From: a virus
Taxonomy: Duplodnaviria > Caudoviricetes
Virus record (IMG/VR): IMGVR_UViG_3300027970_000038
Span: 1 to 52,390 of that record
Length of the DNA: 52,390 nucleotides
Direction: 5' to 3' (one strand)
Shown piece after piece: positions 1 to 10,313 of this stretch (position 1 is the first letter of the stretch; every line of letters begins with the position of its first letter). The translations under genes were made by a program, and so were the position numbers. The notes under the pieces were generated by a model that ran no database searches, was not told where the DNA came from, and saw nothing but the letters and a program-made list of their open reading frames with translations.

Positions 1-848
1 CCAACATCACTTCTGTGGGTACATTAACTGGATTAAATGTCAATGGTACTATTACTGCGGTCGCGATCACGGCGAATACAGGAGTATTCACAGGTAATGG
101 CAGTGGATTAAGTGCTATAACAGGAGCTAACGTCACCGGTACTGTTGCTAATGCGACATACTCAGTTTCTTCAGGAACTGCCAATACAGTGACGACAGCC
201 GCACAATCAAATATCACGAGTGTCGGTACACTAACCTCTCTAGGTGTAAATGGCAATATTACTGCGGCTAACATTACTGCCAATACCGGGGTGTTTACTG
301 GTAATGGTAGTGGATTGCGATCAATCGTGGGAGCGAACGTTACCGGAACAGTATCTAGTGCGAGTGCAGCGACAACGGCTGGATTTGCGACAACGGCCGG
401 AACGGCGACCACAGCAGGTACTGTAACTACAGCAGCACAACCAAACATCACAAGTGTTGGTACGTTGAGTTCTCTCGATGTTGCGGGTGCTATATATTCG
501 AACGCAAGCCAAGTAACGACATTTAATGATTTCCCAATCGTTCCGGGAAGCTTTTTTGGAGACAACGGATACACCACGTTACCGAACGGATTAATCATGC
601 AATGGGGTATGGTTACATTCGATGTATATCCTGATAATTTTGTAATAGTAAATTTCCCGATAGCATTTCCCAATAGATGTTTTAGTTTTACATTCTCGCC
701 GCAGATAACTACTACGTATTTCTTTAGAATGGACAGTTGGGGAGTGTTGGGTCCTACTAGCCCAACCACTACTAATGCTGTTATATATGTTGCTAGTGCA
801 GGAAACTACTATCCCTTGAAGTTTCAATGGTTCGCAATCGGTAACTAA
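1..848 (+). CDS. Tail fibre protein, C-terminal part (5' end outside window)
   Basis: Frame open from window start; repeated A(Q)PNITSVGTL / TGNGSGL units; C-terminal GYTTLPNGLIMQWG...FPIAFPN...WFAIG module typical of tail-fibre tip domains. Confidence 0.8.
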   Translation, partial: NITSVGTLTGLNVNGTITAVAITANTGVFTGNGSGLSAITGANVTGTVANATYSVSSGTANTVTTAAQSNITSVGTLTSLGVNGNITAANITANTGVFTGNGSGLRSIVGANVTGTVSSASAATTAGFATTAGTATTAGTVTTAAQPNITSVGTLSSLDVAGAIYSNASQVTTFNDFPIVPGSFFGDNGYTTLPNGLIMQWGMVTFDVYPDNFVIVNFPIAFPNRCFSFTFSPQITTTYFFRMDSWGVLGPTSPTTTNAVIYVASAGNYYPLKFQWFAIGN

Positions 849-895
849 TACAGCTATATAAATAAGATAAATAAAGACAACGGAGCAATTCTAAG

Positions 896-2119
896 ATGGC
901 ATATACAATTGTAAAGAGTAATGGTACAGTATTAACTACCATACCTGACGGTACGATTAATACAACTAGTACTTCTCTTGGGTTGCCTGGACGAAATTAT
1001 GCAGGGTATGGGCAATCAGTTGATACTAACTTCGTTCGTATTACTGAAAACTTTGCGAACGCAGGACCTCCCGCAAATCCTCTGAGGGGTCAAATCTGGT
1101 ACAACACGTCTGATGCTACATTGTATGTCTGCCCAACTGACGGGGAATCAAATGCCCTAGCTTGGTTAGCATTGACTTCAACTCAGTCAGGTGGGGCGAC
1201 CACATTCGGTACAGTTACAGTTACCGGCAATATTACTGCAAACAACAGTACTATCACTAATCAATCATCCGCTAATCTAGTTACAACCAATTTTCTCACT
1301 GTCACTGCCAACGCAACTATTGCGAACGCAGTAGTAACTAATGCTAACATCGGTACTCTTACCACGACTGCAATCACTGCTGGCTCGCAGTCTACTGCGG
1401 GAACACTTACTGGGGTCTGGACAGCGAACGGGTCCGGCACTGCAAACAGTGTTAACGGTACTAGCATGTGGGTTACTGGCGGTAACTTAGTAGTTACTGG
1501 CAGCGGCAACATAGGTATCAAGACTGATAATTACTATTATGCAAACGGATCTCCAATATCGTTTGCTGGTACATATAGCAACTCGAATGTTGCTTCGTAC
1601 ATGCCTACATATAATGGACAAATACTTGCGACACAAGTACAAGCAACTACACTTACTACTGGTGCAAACACTACTCCTGGTACAGTTACTGGTAACTGGA
1701 CACTATCGGCTGGTTCTAGACTTCAAGCTACATATGCTGACTTGGCTGAACGATTTGCCGCTGATGATGTGTATGATGCAGGTACTGTTGTGCAACTTGG
1801 TGGACCAAATGAAATCACCGCAGTTCAATATGAACTTTCAGAAGACGTATTCGGTGTCATCTCAAACACTGCTGCATATTTAATGAATTCCGGAGCAGGC
1901 TCGGACATATCTCACCCTCCTGTTGCAGTATCGGGACGTGTGCAAGTAAAAGTAGATGGTAAAATTTCTAAAGGTCAACGATTAGTATCTGCCGGCAACG
2001 GAACCGCGCGCGGCGCACAGCTAGGTGAAGCAACTGCATTTAATACTATCGGCAGGGCACTGGGAGATAAGAACACAGATGGTCTTGGATTCGTCGAAGC
2101 TATTGTTATGATTCGATAA
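896..2119 (+). CDS. Virion structural/tail fibre-like protein
   Basis: G/T/N-rich beta-repeat body; N-terminal LPGRNYAGYG..ENFA motif; C-terminal YADLAE...VAVSGRVQVKV domain seen in phage tail proteins; GGAG SD and TAAATA upstream. Confidence 0.7.
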   Translation: MAYTIVKSNGTVLTTIPDGTINTTSTSLGLPGRNYAGYGQSVDTNFVRITENFANAGPPANPLRGQIWYNTSDATLYVCPTDGESNALAWLALTSTQSGGATTFGTVTVTGNITANNSTITNQSSANLVTTNFLTVTANATIANAVVTNANIGTLTTTAITAGSQSTAGTLTGVWTANGSGTANSVNGTSMWVTGGNLVVTGSGNIGIKTDNYYYANGSPISFAGTYSNSNVASYMPTYNGQILATQVQATTLTTGANTTPGTVTGNWTLSAGSRLQATYADLAERFAADDVYDAGTVVQLGGPNEITAVQYELSEDVFGVISNTAAYLMNSGAGSDISHPPVAVSGRVQVKVDGKISKGQRLVSAGNGTARGAQLGEATAFNTIGRALGDKNTDGLGFVEAIVMIR

Positions 2120-2133
2120 GGTTAATAACTAAA

Positions 2134-3087
2134 ATGGCATATGCACAATTTGGATCAATACAGGCTTCTGACTTCAACACATTAGTTGGCGCAAACACCT
2201 CAACGACATCAGGTCAACTAAACGCGGTTTGGGCAGTCGGCGGCGGCTCCGGTGGATATGGACAGACTGCGATAGCTAACGTTGCTGCTGGACAAACAGT
2301 TGCTTCGACCACTCAATGGACTTCGCTCGTAGCTAACACTGCATCTGCGGCAACTCATCAAGGTTCTTCTATAACCTCTGTTACTGCTCCCAGTACCGGA
2401 GCTACAGTCACATATGTATCGGCTATTCCTACTAACTTGACCACGATCTACAACGGTAGATTAAATGCTGCTACTCAAGGAAGTACTTCTTCGAACACAG
2501 TAACATATGGTTCTACTTGGTCGCAATTGTTGACATTTACTCATACTGCGACCTTTGCAAATGGTGATGCAGCACGTTATTTCTTTAATTCGGGTGGACA
2601 GATCAAGATGACCGTCGCTCATCCAAATGGTACTGGCATCAATCTTCTTCTCAATAACCTGTGTTCTAACGTAGGTACAGTTGCGATGAGTGCGGTTACC
2701 TCAGGTACTCAGACGATCGGCGGTATATCATATAACGGCATCACTAAAATTGGCGGCGGCGGCAACTCTCCTACTATCGATTCAACTAAAGGATATTTCG
2801 GACAGACAGTTTCTAATGCTAACGTATTCACTCAGTTAGCATCCACTGGTCCTTCGGGCTATCTAAGTACCTTCATTCGTTTTATAACCAAATCAAACGG
2901 TACACAGGGTGGTAACGGCGATGCTGGATCAGTCATTACGATCTATACTGTATGGGACGAAGTACCAAATGGACTCACTGCTTCGATAGGGTCTGCTACT
3001 ACCATGACTCTTGTTCCGCCGGAATCAACTAACATTTCTAATACTTGGGGTACAGTAAATCTAACCGGAACTGCTTCGGGGCTATAA
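2134..3087 (+). CDS. Putative virion structural protein
   Basis: 317 aa T/S/G/N-rich with ARYFFNSGG motif, co-oriented with tail genes. Confidence 0.6.
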   Translation: MAYAQFGSIQASDFNTLVGANTSTTSGQLNAVWAVGGGSGGYGQTAIANVAAGQTVASTTQWTSLVANTASAATHQGSSITSVTAPSTGATVTYVSAIPTNLTTIYNGRLNAATQGSTSSNTVTYGSTWSQLLTFTHTATFANGDAARYFFNSGGQIKMTVAHPNGTGINLLLNNLCSNVGTVAMSAVTSGTQTIGGISYNGITKIGGGGNSPTIDSTKGYFGQTVSNANVFTQLASTGPSGYLSTFIRFITKSNGTQGGNGDAGSVITIYTVWDEVPNGLTASIGSATTMTLVPPESTNISNTWGTVNLTGTASGL

Positions 3088-3136
3088 CTTTTTTAATCGG
3101 TAACGGGTATCCATCTAAATACTTCGTAAAGAGGAT

Positions 3137-3445
3137 ATGATGGATACCAAAACCTTACTTGCTGAAGCAAAAGCTAGATTTAATCATAATTCGGCTAAAG
3201 ATTATCTTGCAGCAAAATATAACGCAAAACTTATCGTAGCAGAACAAGGCGGATTGTTCAAAGCAGATTCCCAAACTATTGCATTTTTGGCTTCGTTTTC
3301 GCATCATCATCTTGTCATAATTGACACTTTTAATAACCCCGTGAAAGTTGTTCGGGCTGAGTTATTGTGGAAATTACAAGAAGTCTACACCGAAGTGATG
3401 AAAGCTTGGCATAATGAATGGCAGGAGCTAGAAAGAAAGAGATGA
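3137..3445 (+). CDS. Hypothetical protein
   Basis: 102 aa ORF, GAGG SD, TAAATA upstream. Confidence 0.6.
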   Translation: MMDTKTLLAEAKARFNHNSAKDYLAAKYNAKLIVAEQGGLFKADSQTIAFLASFSHHHLVIIDTFNNPVKVVRAELLWKLQEVYTEVMKAWHNEWQELERKR

Positions 3446-4257
3446 CTAAAGGTGTACTATTATTTGCCTTCAACTCGCCCAAATATAATTACTATAAAAT
3501 GGCATTGTACACGGCCAGACGCGTCAATCATTTCTTGGGATTACCAGTAACGCTTGTTACCGATGAAGAATCATATCCAGATGATGAATCATATGCATGG
3601 GATAAGGTAGTAAAGGTAATACCCGACAAAGACAACTTTAGAGATTGGGGCCAATGGATCAACAAAGGTAGATACATGGCTTACGATCTCAGCCCCTATG
3701 ATGAGACTATTTTATTAGATGTAGATTATGTCGTCAATTCGGACAAACTGTTAAGTACATTTGATACCTATGAAGATTTTGCTTGTCATCATAAGACTAT
3801 GTTCTTGATGCACCCCGATGCAGCACAAGAAGTACTTAGTGCATACAGTTATGAAACACTATGGGCAACAGTTGTCACATTTAAGAAAACTACAAGGGCA
3901 GAACAGATTTTCCGTGCATTGGAAATGGTACAGAAGAACTATGATCATTATGCCAACATACATAGCTTTATTGGTGGAGTGTACAGAAACGATTACGCAC
4001 TAACTCTTGCATTGCGCATCGTTAACGGACACGGAGTCAACAATCATGATCGTATCTTGTGGGATCTAGTTCATATCGGTAAAAATACACAAGTATATGC
4101 AAATACTGATAGTGAGTTTAATACGGAATACACAGTAATGTTTGATAACTGGCAGCGAGGCAAAGTACGTAAAGAGTATATCACTATTAAAGATATGGAC
4201 TTCCATATTATGACCAAAGACTTTTTTATGGAGATTATCAATGACTCAATCTTATAG
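3442..4257 (+). CDS. Putative GT-A glycosyltransferase
   Basis: KGVLLFAF start, SPYDETILLDVD (DxD) motif; start set at MTKG overlapping upstream stop. Confidence 0.65.
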   Translation: MTKGVLLFAFNSPKYNYYKMALYTARRVNHFLGLPVTLVTDEESYPDDESYAWDKVVKVIPDKDNFRDWGQWINKGRYMAYDLSPYDETILLDVDYVVNSDKLLSTFDTYEDFACHHKTMFLMHPDAAQEVLSAYSYETLWATVVTFKKTTRAEQIFRALEMVQKNYDHYANIHSFIGGVYRNDYALTLALRIVNGHGVNNHDRILWDLVHIGKNTQVYANTDSEFNTEYTVMFDNWQRGKVRKEYITIKDMDFHIMTKDFFMEIINDSIL

Positions 4258-4456
4258 TATGTTAAATGGATTACCTTATATTTCTGGAAATTCTTATACA
4301 TTTCTATCTAGTCCGATCGAAATATTCAACTCAGAATTTCCAGAATTCGTAGATAAGTTTACTGTAATTGATAGTCATTCTACACCATTTGGAGGCCATA
4401 CGATAGAGTTTAACGATGAGGCTGACGAAACTTGGTTTAGGTTGAAGTATGGATAA
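4241..4456 (+). CDS. Hypothetical protein
   Basis: 71 aa, ends in F.DEAD.TWFRLKY-type motif common in small phage proteins. Confidence 0.5.
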   Translation: MTQSYSMLNGLPYISGNSYTFLSSPIEIFNSEFPEFVDKFTVIDSHSTPFGGHTIEFNDEADETWFRLKYG

Positions 4457-5204
4457 GGGTTTTGTAATCATGGCACAAGGAAATGACTATGTTAAGTGTG
4501 CCAAAGCACTCGAACATAGCATCAAGAATGTGATGCCAGACAGCAATGTAACGATCATTACTACAGAGATGCTACCTTACGGGGATCAATGTCCTGATAC
4601 TGATTGGAAATTACAGAATGATTGGCAGGTATACGAAAGCAGTCCGTATGAATACACGATCAAGTTAGAAGCTGACATGTATATCCCACAATCCATAGAT
4701 TTCTGGTGGGACGTATTGAAAGATCGGGATATCGCGGTGTCTACTACAGCGAGAAACTTCAAACAAGATATAACAGACATCAACATGTATCGTAGATTCA
4801 TCGTTGACAATAATCTACCAAATTGCTATAACGGCATCACCTACTTCCATAAGTCGGATCTAGCCAAACAGTTCTATGAGACAGTGCGAACTATCTTTGA
4901 GAACTGGGAAGAGTTTCGTAATACTCTCAAGTGTAATGTCGATGAACTAGCTACCACAGACTGGGTGTATGCACTCGCTTGTCATATCTTGGGAGTAGAG
5001 AATACGACGTTGCCTCATGCTACTTTTATGTCAATGATACACATGAAACAATTCATTAACGGTCTTCCAACTGAAAACTGGACAGATACACTAGTTTATG
5101 AGATTCTTCCACATACATTAAGAGTCAACACGATTCCGCAAATGTATCCTTTCCATTATCATGTCAAGTCGTTTGCTGATACAATATTGGAGAATACTAA
5201 ATGA
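4449..5204 (+). CDS. Putative GT-A glycosyltransferase (paralog of 3442-4257)
   Basis: KGFVIMAQG start, SPYEYTIKLEADM motif equivalent to the paralog's DxD region. Confidence 0.6.
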   Translation: MDKGFVIMAQGNDYVKCAKALEHSIKNVMPDSNVTIITTEMLPYGDQCPDTDWKLQNDWQVYESSPYEYTIKLEADMYIPQSIDFWWDVLKDRDIAVSTTARNFKQDITDINMYRRFIVDNNLPNCYNGITYFHKSDLAKQFYETVRTIFENWEEFRNTLKCNVDELATTDWVYALACHILGVENTTLPHATFMSMIHMKQFINGLPTENWTDTLVYEILPHTLRVNTIPQMYPFHYHVKSFADTILENTK

Positions 5205-5527
5205 GCGATGAAGAATACGTAATCTTCTGGGAAGCCCCAATAATCGTCAAACCTGAGTTTAGGTTGTACTATGATGATAAGGGCTATCTTATCTGCTATA
5301 CCTGCGAAAAACTCGAGGGTAACTATATTGTTATTGATGCAACGACTTTCGCTGAGAGTAGACCAGACATCAGAGTAGTAGACGGGAGAATTGTTAAAGC
5401 AAATAACAACGCAGTCATCTCTAGACTATATCCTTCAACTGAAGGTATACTATGCGAAATAGAAGATATCAGTATCATTGCTGAAACAAACGGACAACAC
5501 TGGAAACTAAAAACTCATGAGCTTTGA
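5201..5527 (+). CDS. Hypothetical protein
   Basis: 108 aa ORF translationally coupled within operon. Confidence 0.55.
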   Translation: MSDEEYVIFWEAPIIVKPEFRLYYDDKGYLICYTCEKLEGNYIVIDATTFAESRPDIRVVDGRIVKANNNAVISRLYPSTEGILCEIEDISIIAETNGQHWKLKTHEL

Positions 5528-6464
5528 AAATATAATAGACATTGCCGATCTGGACTTGATTTATCTATCATACGATGAGCCGGCTAAGGAAGAATTCTGG
5601 TTAAAGATCAAGAACATGTGCCCATGGGCTAAACGAGTTGATGGAGTAAAGGGCAGTGATGCTGCACATAAAGCAGCAGGAGAAATATCTACTACCGAAC
5701 GTTTCGTTGTCGTCGACGGTGATAACATGCCTGACGAGAACTTCTTTAATCTACAATTAGACTTCACAGACAAAGACCCTAATTACAAATTAGCGCAGTA
5801 CCGTTGGAGAGCGATCAATGCCATAAACGGTCTTCGATATGGCAATGGTGGAATATCATCTTGGACTAAGACCTATGTCGCGAACATGCACACACATGAA
5901 ACGAGCGATGGCAGCGATGCTACAGCAGTTGACTTCTGTATGGATTCTTCAGATAATCTGTACTGGGCAATGTGGGATTCCTACTCAACCACCTATCCAA
6001 ATTATACTCCCTTCCAAGCCTGGCGAGCTGGATTCCGTGAAGGTGTCAAGATGGTACTTGATCGGGGCGCGAAGCCCACTATTGAAGAATTTAAAGATAG
6101 AGTTGCATCACGCAATTTAAATAATCTCACGATATGGCAAAATGTTGGTATGGATGTAGAGAACGGATCTTGGGCTATTTATGGTGCTAGATTAGGCACA
6201 TATATGACTATGCTAACTGATTGGGACTACAGAGATGTCGCATGGTTCGACAACTTCCCTGAATTATGGGAGAAGCATAGAACGAATCCCATATATTATG
6301 CAGAAGAGATTGGTGAAGAATTGCAAGACAAGTTGGGTCTACCTATCTGCACACTTGATGCAACACAGTCAAAGTTTTTTAAGCGCCACTACAATGCAGA
6401 CAAATATAACATGGGTCCCCTCGTTAAAGAGATGGATGTCATACGTAAAATAGAAGGATGGTGA
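5517..6464 (+). CDS. Putative glycosyltransferase (GT-A-like)
   Basis: YLSYDEP, RVDGVKG..AAH, VVDGDN motif, AWRAGFRE; homologous to C-terminal domain of the 1318-aa protein. Confidence 0.6.
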   Translation: MSFENIIDIADLDLIYLSYDEPAKEEFWLKIKNMCPWAKRVDGVKGSDAAHKAAGEISTTERFVVVDGDNMPDENFFNLQLDFTDKDPNYKLAQYRWRAINAINGLRYGNGGISSWTKTYVANMHTHETSDGSDATAVDFCMDSSDNLYWAMWDSYSTTYPNYTPFQAWRAGFREGVKMVLDRGAKPTIEEFKDRVASRNLNNLTIWQNVGMDVENGSWAIYGARLGTYMTMLTDWDYRDVAWFDNFPELWEKHRTNPIYYAEEIGEELQDKLGLPICTLDATQSKFFKRHYNADKYNMGPLVKEMDVIRKIEGW

Positions 6465-8047
6465 TGGAAGTCGTGAAAAAGTCAGTAAACAAAGTTGTCT
6501 GGACTAGAAATGGCGGCGGCGATATAATCTCGAACAAAGAAAATGTAGATAAGGTAAAAAATCTATTAAATGAGACTGGGTGCGGGTTTTGCTTGGCTAA
6601 GTTCACCCAGGTAACCATGCATCTGGGAACAGGACTTGTTCACTCATGTCACCATCCTAAGGCACATGCTATTCCACTAACAGAACTAGAAAACAATCCA
6701 GCCGTGTTGTTTAATACAAGTAAGTTAAAAGAAGCAAGAAAGCAAATGCTTTCAGGCGAGAAACCAAGTGAATGCGATTACTGCTGGCGCGTAGAAGACA
6801 ACGATGGACCTAGCGATAGATATTTTAAAAGCCTTGAGAACTGGGCTTTACCAGAGCATGATATGGTACTCGAAAACGGACACGAGATCGATTATTACCC
6901 TACCTATCTAGAAGTTGACTTCAGTAATGTATGCAACTTTAATTGTATCTACTGTGGCCCTGAATATAGTAGCGTCTGGGTAGAAGACTTGAAAAGAAAC
7001 GGGCCAGTCAAGGTACTAGAAAATACTAAAAAGGTACAATGGATCCAGGGCTGGCAAGACCTAGATTCTATCGCATACAAGAACAGAGAACATAATCCAT
7101 ATCTAGATGCTTTCTGGAAATGGTTCCCTGAAGCATACAAGAGACTTAAGTTCTATCGTATCACGGGCGGGGAACCTCTACTGAGCAAGGAAACATTTAG
7201 AAGCATTGACTGGTTGATTCAGAACCCTAATATTGAATTAGATTTCAGCATCAATAGTAATATGGGTGTTCCCGACAAGCTGTGGTATTCATTCTTAGAT
7301 AAGATAAAAGTACTAGCGAACGGAAACTACGTCAAGAAGTTTACATTATTCACGAGCGTTGACGCCTGGGGAGAAAAGGCAGAATATCTAAGGCCGGGAC
7401 TAGACTTTGAGTTGTTTAAAAAACGATATGAAGAAGTATTGAACATCGGGGGTGTACGATGCGTGATCATGTGTACGTTCAACCTATTGAGCATCACGAG
7501 TATACAACAACTATTAGAATGGCAATCCGAATTACGCAGCAAGTATAACATTGATCGGGAACTGCTTCGTTTAGAAAAGCAATTCGACATCAACATCGGC
7601 GGAGAACTATCTCATGTAGAAAGAGAAAAGATGTCAGGAAATCATTTTTCTTTAGTGGGAATCGATATTCCGTATCTTAGACATCCGCAATGTTTGGACG
7701 CGCAGTTTTCGGATAAAAATTTGATCGAACAATACTTACTGCCTGCAATCAATTCAATGGCAAAAAATTCAGGAAATTCTATCTGGGGAGTCCATCAAGG
7801 ATTTGAACCATATGAGATTGAAAAGATGAAAAGAATCGTGTTTGATGTGATGCACTTCAATTCAACGCACGATGATAACAATTCAGTTGTAGTTGAAGGA
7901 AGAGCAAAGTTTTATGATTTTGTCAATGAGATGGATAAAAGACATAAAAAGAATTTCTTGGATGTTTTCCCCGAGTTTACCTCATTCTACGAGAAATGCA
8001 AGCAAGCTAAAGACATCATCTTAGAAGAAGAACGCACTACGGTATGA
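6458..8047 (+). CDS. Radical SAM protein with N-terminal Cys-rich (twitch-like) domain
   Basis: CNFNCIYC (CxxxCxxC), ITGGEPLL, N-terminal FC..SCHH..ECDYCW. Confidence 0.85.
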   Translation: MVMEVVKKSVNKVVWTRNGGGDIISNKENVDKVKNLLNETGCGFCLAKFTQVTMHLGTGLVHSCHHPKAHAIPLTELENNPAVLFNTSKLKEARKQMLSGEKPSECDYCWRVEDNDGPSDRYFKSLENWALPEHDMVLENGHEIDYYPTYLEVDFSNVCNFNCIYCGPEYSSVWVEDLKRNGPVKVLENTKKVQWIQGWQDLDSIAYKNREHNPYLDAFWKWFPEAYKRLKFYRITGGEPLLSKETFRSIDWLIQNPNIELDFSINSNMGVPDKLWYSFLDKIKVLANGNYVKKFTLFTSVDAWGEKAEYLRPGLDFELFKKRYEEVLNIGGVRCVIMCTFNLLSITSIQQLLEWQSELRSKYNIDRELLRLEKQFDINIGGELSHVEREKMSGNHFSLVGIDIPYLRHPQCLDAQFSDKNLIEQYLLPAINSMAKNSGNSIWGVHQGFEPYEIEKMKRIVFDVMHFNSTHDDNNSVVVEGRAKFYDFVNEMDKRHKKNFLDVFPEFTSFYEKCKQAKDIILEEERTTV

Positions 8048-9354
8048 AAAATATTATACTTGCATCATATGACAGTGAGATAGATCCTTGCACGGGGGTC
8101 ATATATCCAAACATGTGTGATAAGAATTATCAATCTGGTTTATACGGGCGGCCATCGCATTTTGACTCGCACATGTTTCGTGCTACCCAAAAAAATGGTA
8201 GTTACAGAAAACATATATTGCCTGAATACAAAAATGTATCTTACGTACGATTGGACAAGATACATGCTGAATTCTATTTTTTTATCGTCAACATACACAA
8301 TGTCAATTTTTTCTCCGAGATGAAGGACATAGGGTTAAGTCATGTGAACCCTAAAATTATAGAAGATGCGAATACAGGCAAGTGTAAAATCATCTTTATT
8401 CAAGACACTGAAGGTATGTCAGGACTGATAGGATTCCCGAGTGAGTTTGATTTCAAGATCATACAAGACTGGTGCGATATTTTCAACATAAATCCTGAAT
8501 CCGTGCATTACATATGCGGGAATTTGATTTCAGATAAACGAGCTATAGAACAAGGATGTAAGTGCCAAGTTCATCCGACATCTGTACAAGAAACTTGGAA
8601 CAATGTGATTACTTTTCCAAAATCAGTGACAGAATTTAATCCAACTACCCCGAACTATCTTTATTTGAATTACAACAGACAGTCTAGGTTTCATCGTGTT
8701 TATATGTTATCTAAATTATTAAAACATAATTTGTTTGGCAAAGGTATGAATAGCTTTAACGCTATGGGCAAGACAGCAAATGATGTAGTATGTCATCTTG
8801 ATCAAATAGAGCCGGGGCTAGACGAATGTGCGCGACAACTGTTTGATCTAGCTCCTATATTTGTAGATACTGATAATACAAACATTACCAGCAGTGCTGG
8901 AGATTTATCCAATTATACTGAAACTTTTATATCATTAATCACTGAAACATTGACCGAATCGGGAACATTATTTTGCAGTGAAAAGACATGGAGATCGATT
9001 ATAGTAGGTCATCCTTTTATGATATTAGGCAGCACTAATGCTCTCAGGTATTTAAAATCTCAAGGCTTCAAAACATTTGATACTTGGCTAGATGAGAGTT
9101 ATGACGACCATGATGATCTATCTAAAAAAATAAATATTATTGTGGCTAACCTTGAAAGGTTCAACGAAATGTCGGTAGACGAACTCAAAAGCATACGCCA
9201 TCAGATGGAACCAATATTGATTCATAATAAGAATCACATGATACGATATTCCCAAAACAAGTATTATTATGACGACACTATCTATTCACACAGAAAACCG
9301 GTAGAACTGATACTCGGAGAAATCTGGAAAGAACTGACCAAGGATAATTCATGA
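8044..9354 (+). CDS. Putative glycosyltransferase-like protein (SEKT family)
   Basis: FISLITET..FCSEKT..HPF..LKSQGFKTF..DESYD motif, reminiscent of GT10-like GT-B C-domains. Confidence 0.5.
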   Translation: MKNIILASYDSEIDPCTGVIYPNMCDKNYQSGLYGRPSHFDSHMFRATQKNGSYRKHILPEYKNVSYVRLDKIHAEFYFFIVNIHNVNFFSEMKDIGLSHVNPKIIEDANTGKCKIIFIQDTEGMSGLIGFPSEFDFKIIQDWCDIFNINPESVHYICGNLISDKRAIEQGCKCQVHPTSVQETWNNVITFPKSVTEFNPTTPNYLYLNYNRQSRFHRVYMLSKLLKHNLFGKGMNSFNAMGKTANDVVCHLDQIEPGLDECARQLFDLAPIFVDTDNTNITSSAGDLSNYTETFISLITETLTESGTLFCSEKTWRSIIVGHPFMILGSTNALRYLKSQGFKTFDTWLDESYDDHDDLSKKINIIVANLERFNEMSVDELKSIRHQMEPILIHNKNHMIRYSQNKYYYDDTIYSHRKPVELILGEIWKELTKDNS

Positions 9355-10313
9355 AAAAGGCTATAGTATGCGGCGCCGGCGGCTTTATAGGAACTCATTT
9401 GGTTACTGACTTAAAGCGTCGGGGATATTATGTTGTCGGTGTTGATTTAAAATATCCTGAATTTAGTCATACCGACGCAGACGAATTCTTCATTGCCGAC
9501 TTACGGGAATATTCAACTGTCGACCGAATCTTAGAAAGTGACATCGATGAAGTTTATCAATTAGCTGCTGATATGGGCGGCGCCGGCTATATCTTTACGG
9601 GCGAACATGATGCTGACATCATGCATAACAGTTGTCAAATCAATCTAAACGTGTTGGATGTTATGAAGAAGAAAGGTATTAAGAGAGTTTTTTATAGTTC
9701 CAGTGCATGTATGTATCCTAGTCATAATCAAGAAGACCCTAACAATCCCCTGATGACCGAAGCCAGTGCATATCCTGCAAATCCAGATAGTGAGTATGGA
9801 TGGGAAAAGTTATTCAGTGAGCGACTCTATATGACTTATGCTCGTAATTACGGAATTGAAGTACGGATCGCTCGCTTTCATAACATTTTTGGCCCATTAG
9901 GATCTTGGAATAACGGTAAAGAGAAAGCTCCTGCAGCACTGTGTCGCAAGGTAGCTCAGGTGGAGAACAACGGCGAGATTGAAATTTGGGGTCCGGGCAA
10001 TCAGACTAGATCGTTTCTATATATTGACGAATGCATCGAAGGCATTCACCGCATAATGGAATCCGATTGTCAAGTATCGCTTAATTTGGGTTCGACGAGA
10101 ATGATTAGTATTAATGACTTAGCCTTATTGATAGCGTCTCTCACTAACAAGAAAGTAACGGTTAAAAACGTAGACGGACCCGTCGGAGTAATGGGTCGCA
10201 ACTCTGACAACACATTAATTAAGGAGTTGATTGGCTGGGCTCCAGGCGAAGACTTAGAAGAAGGCTTAGCTAAGACCTACGCGTGGATTACGGAACAGAT
10301 AAATGCTAATTAA
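9351..10313 (+). CDS. GDP-mannose 3,5-epimerase-like NAD-dependent epimerase
   Basis: GAGGFIG, AADMGGAGYI, FYSSSACMYP, YGWEK (YxxxK), EKAPAA. Confidence 0.85.
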   Translation: MKKAIVCGAGGFIGTHLVTDLKRRGYYVVGVDLKYPEFSHTDADEFFIADLREYSTVDRILESDIDEVYQLAADMGGAGYIFTGEHDADIMHNSCQINLNVLDVMKKKGIKRVFYSSSACMYPSHNQEDPNNPLMTEASAYPANPDSEYGWEKLFSERLYMTYARNYGIEVRIARFHNIFGPLGSWNNGKEKAPAALCRKVAQVENNGEIEIWGPGNQTRSFLYIDECIEGIHRIMESDCQVSLNLGSTRMISINDLALLIASLTNKKVTVKNVDGPVGVMGRNSDNTLIKELIGWAPGEDLEEGLAKTYAWITEQINAN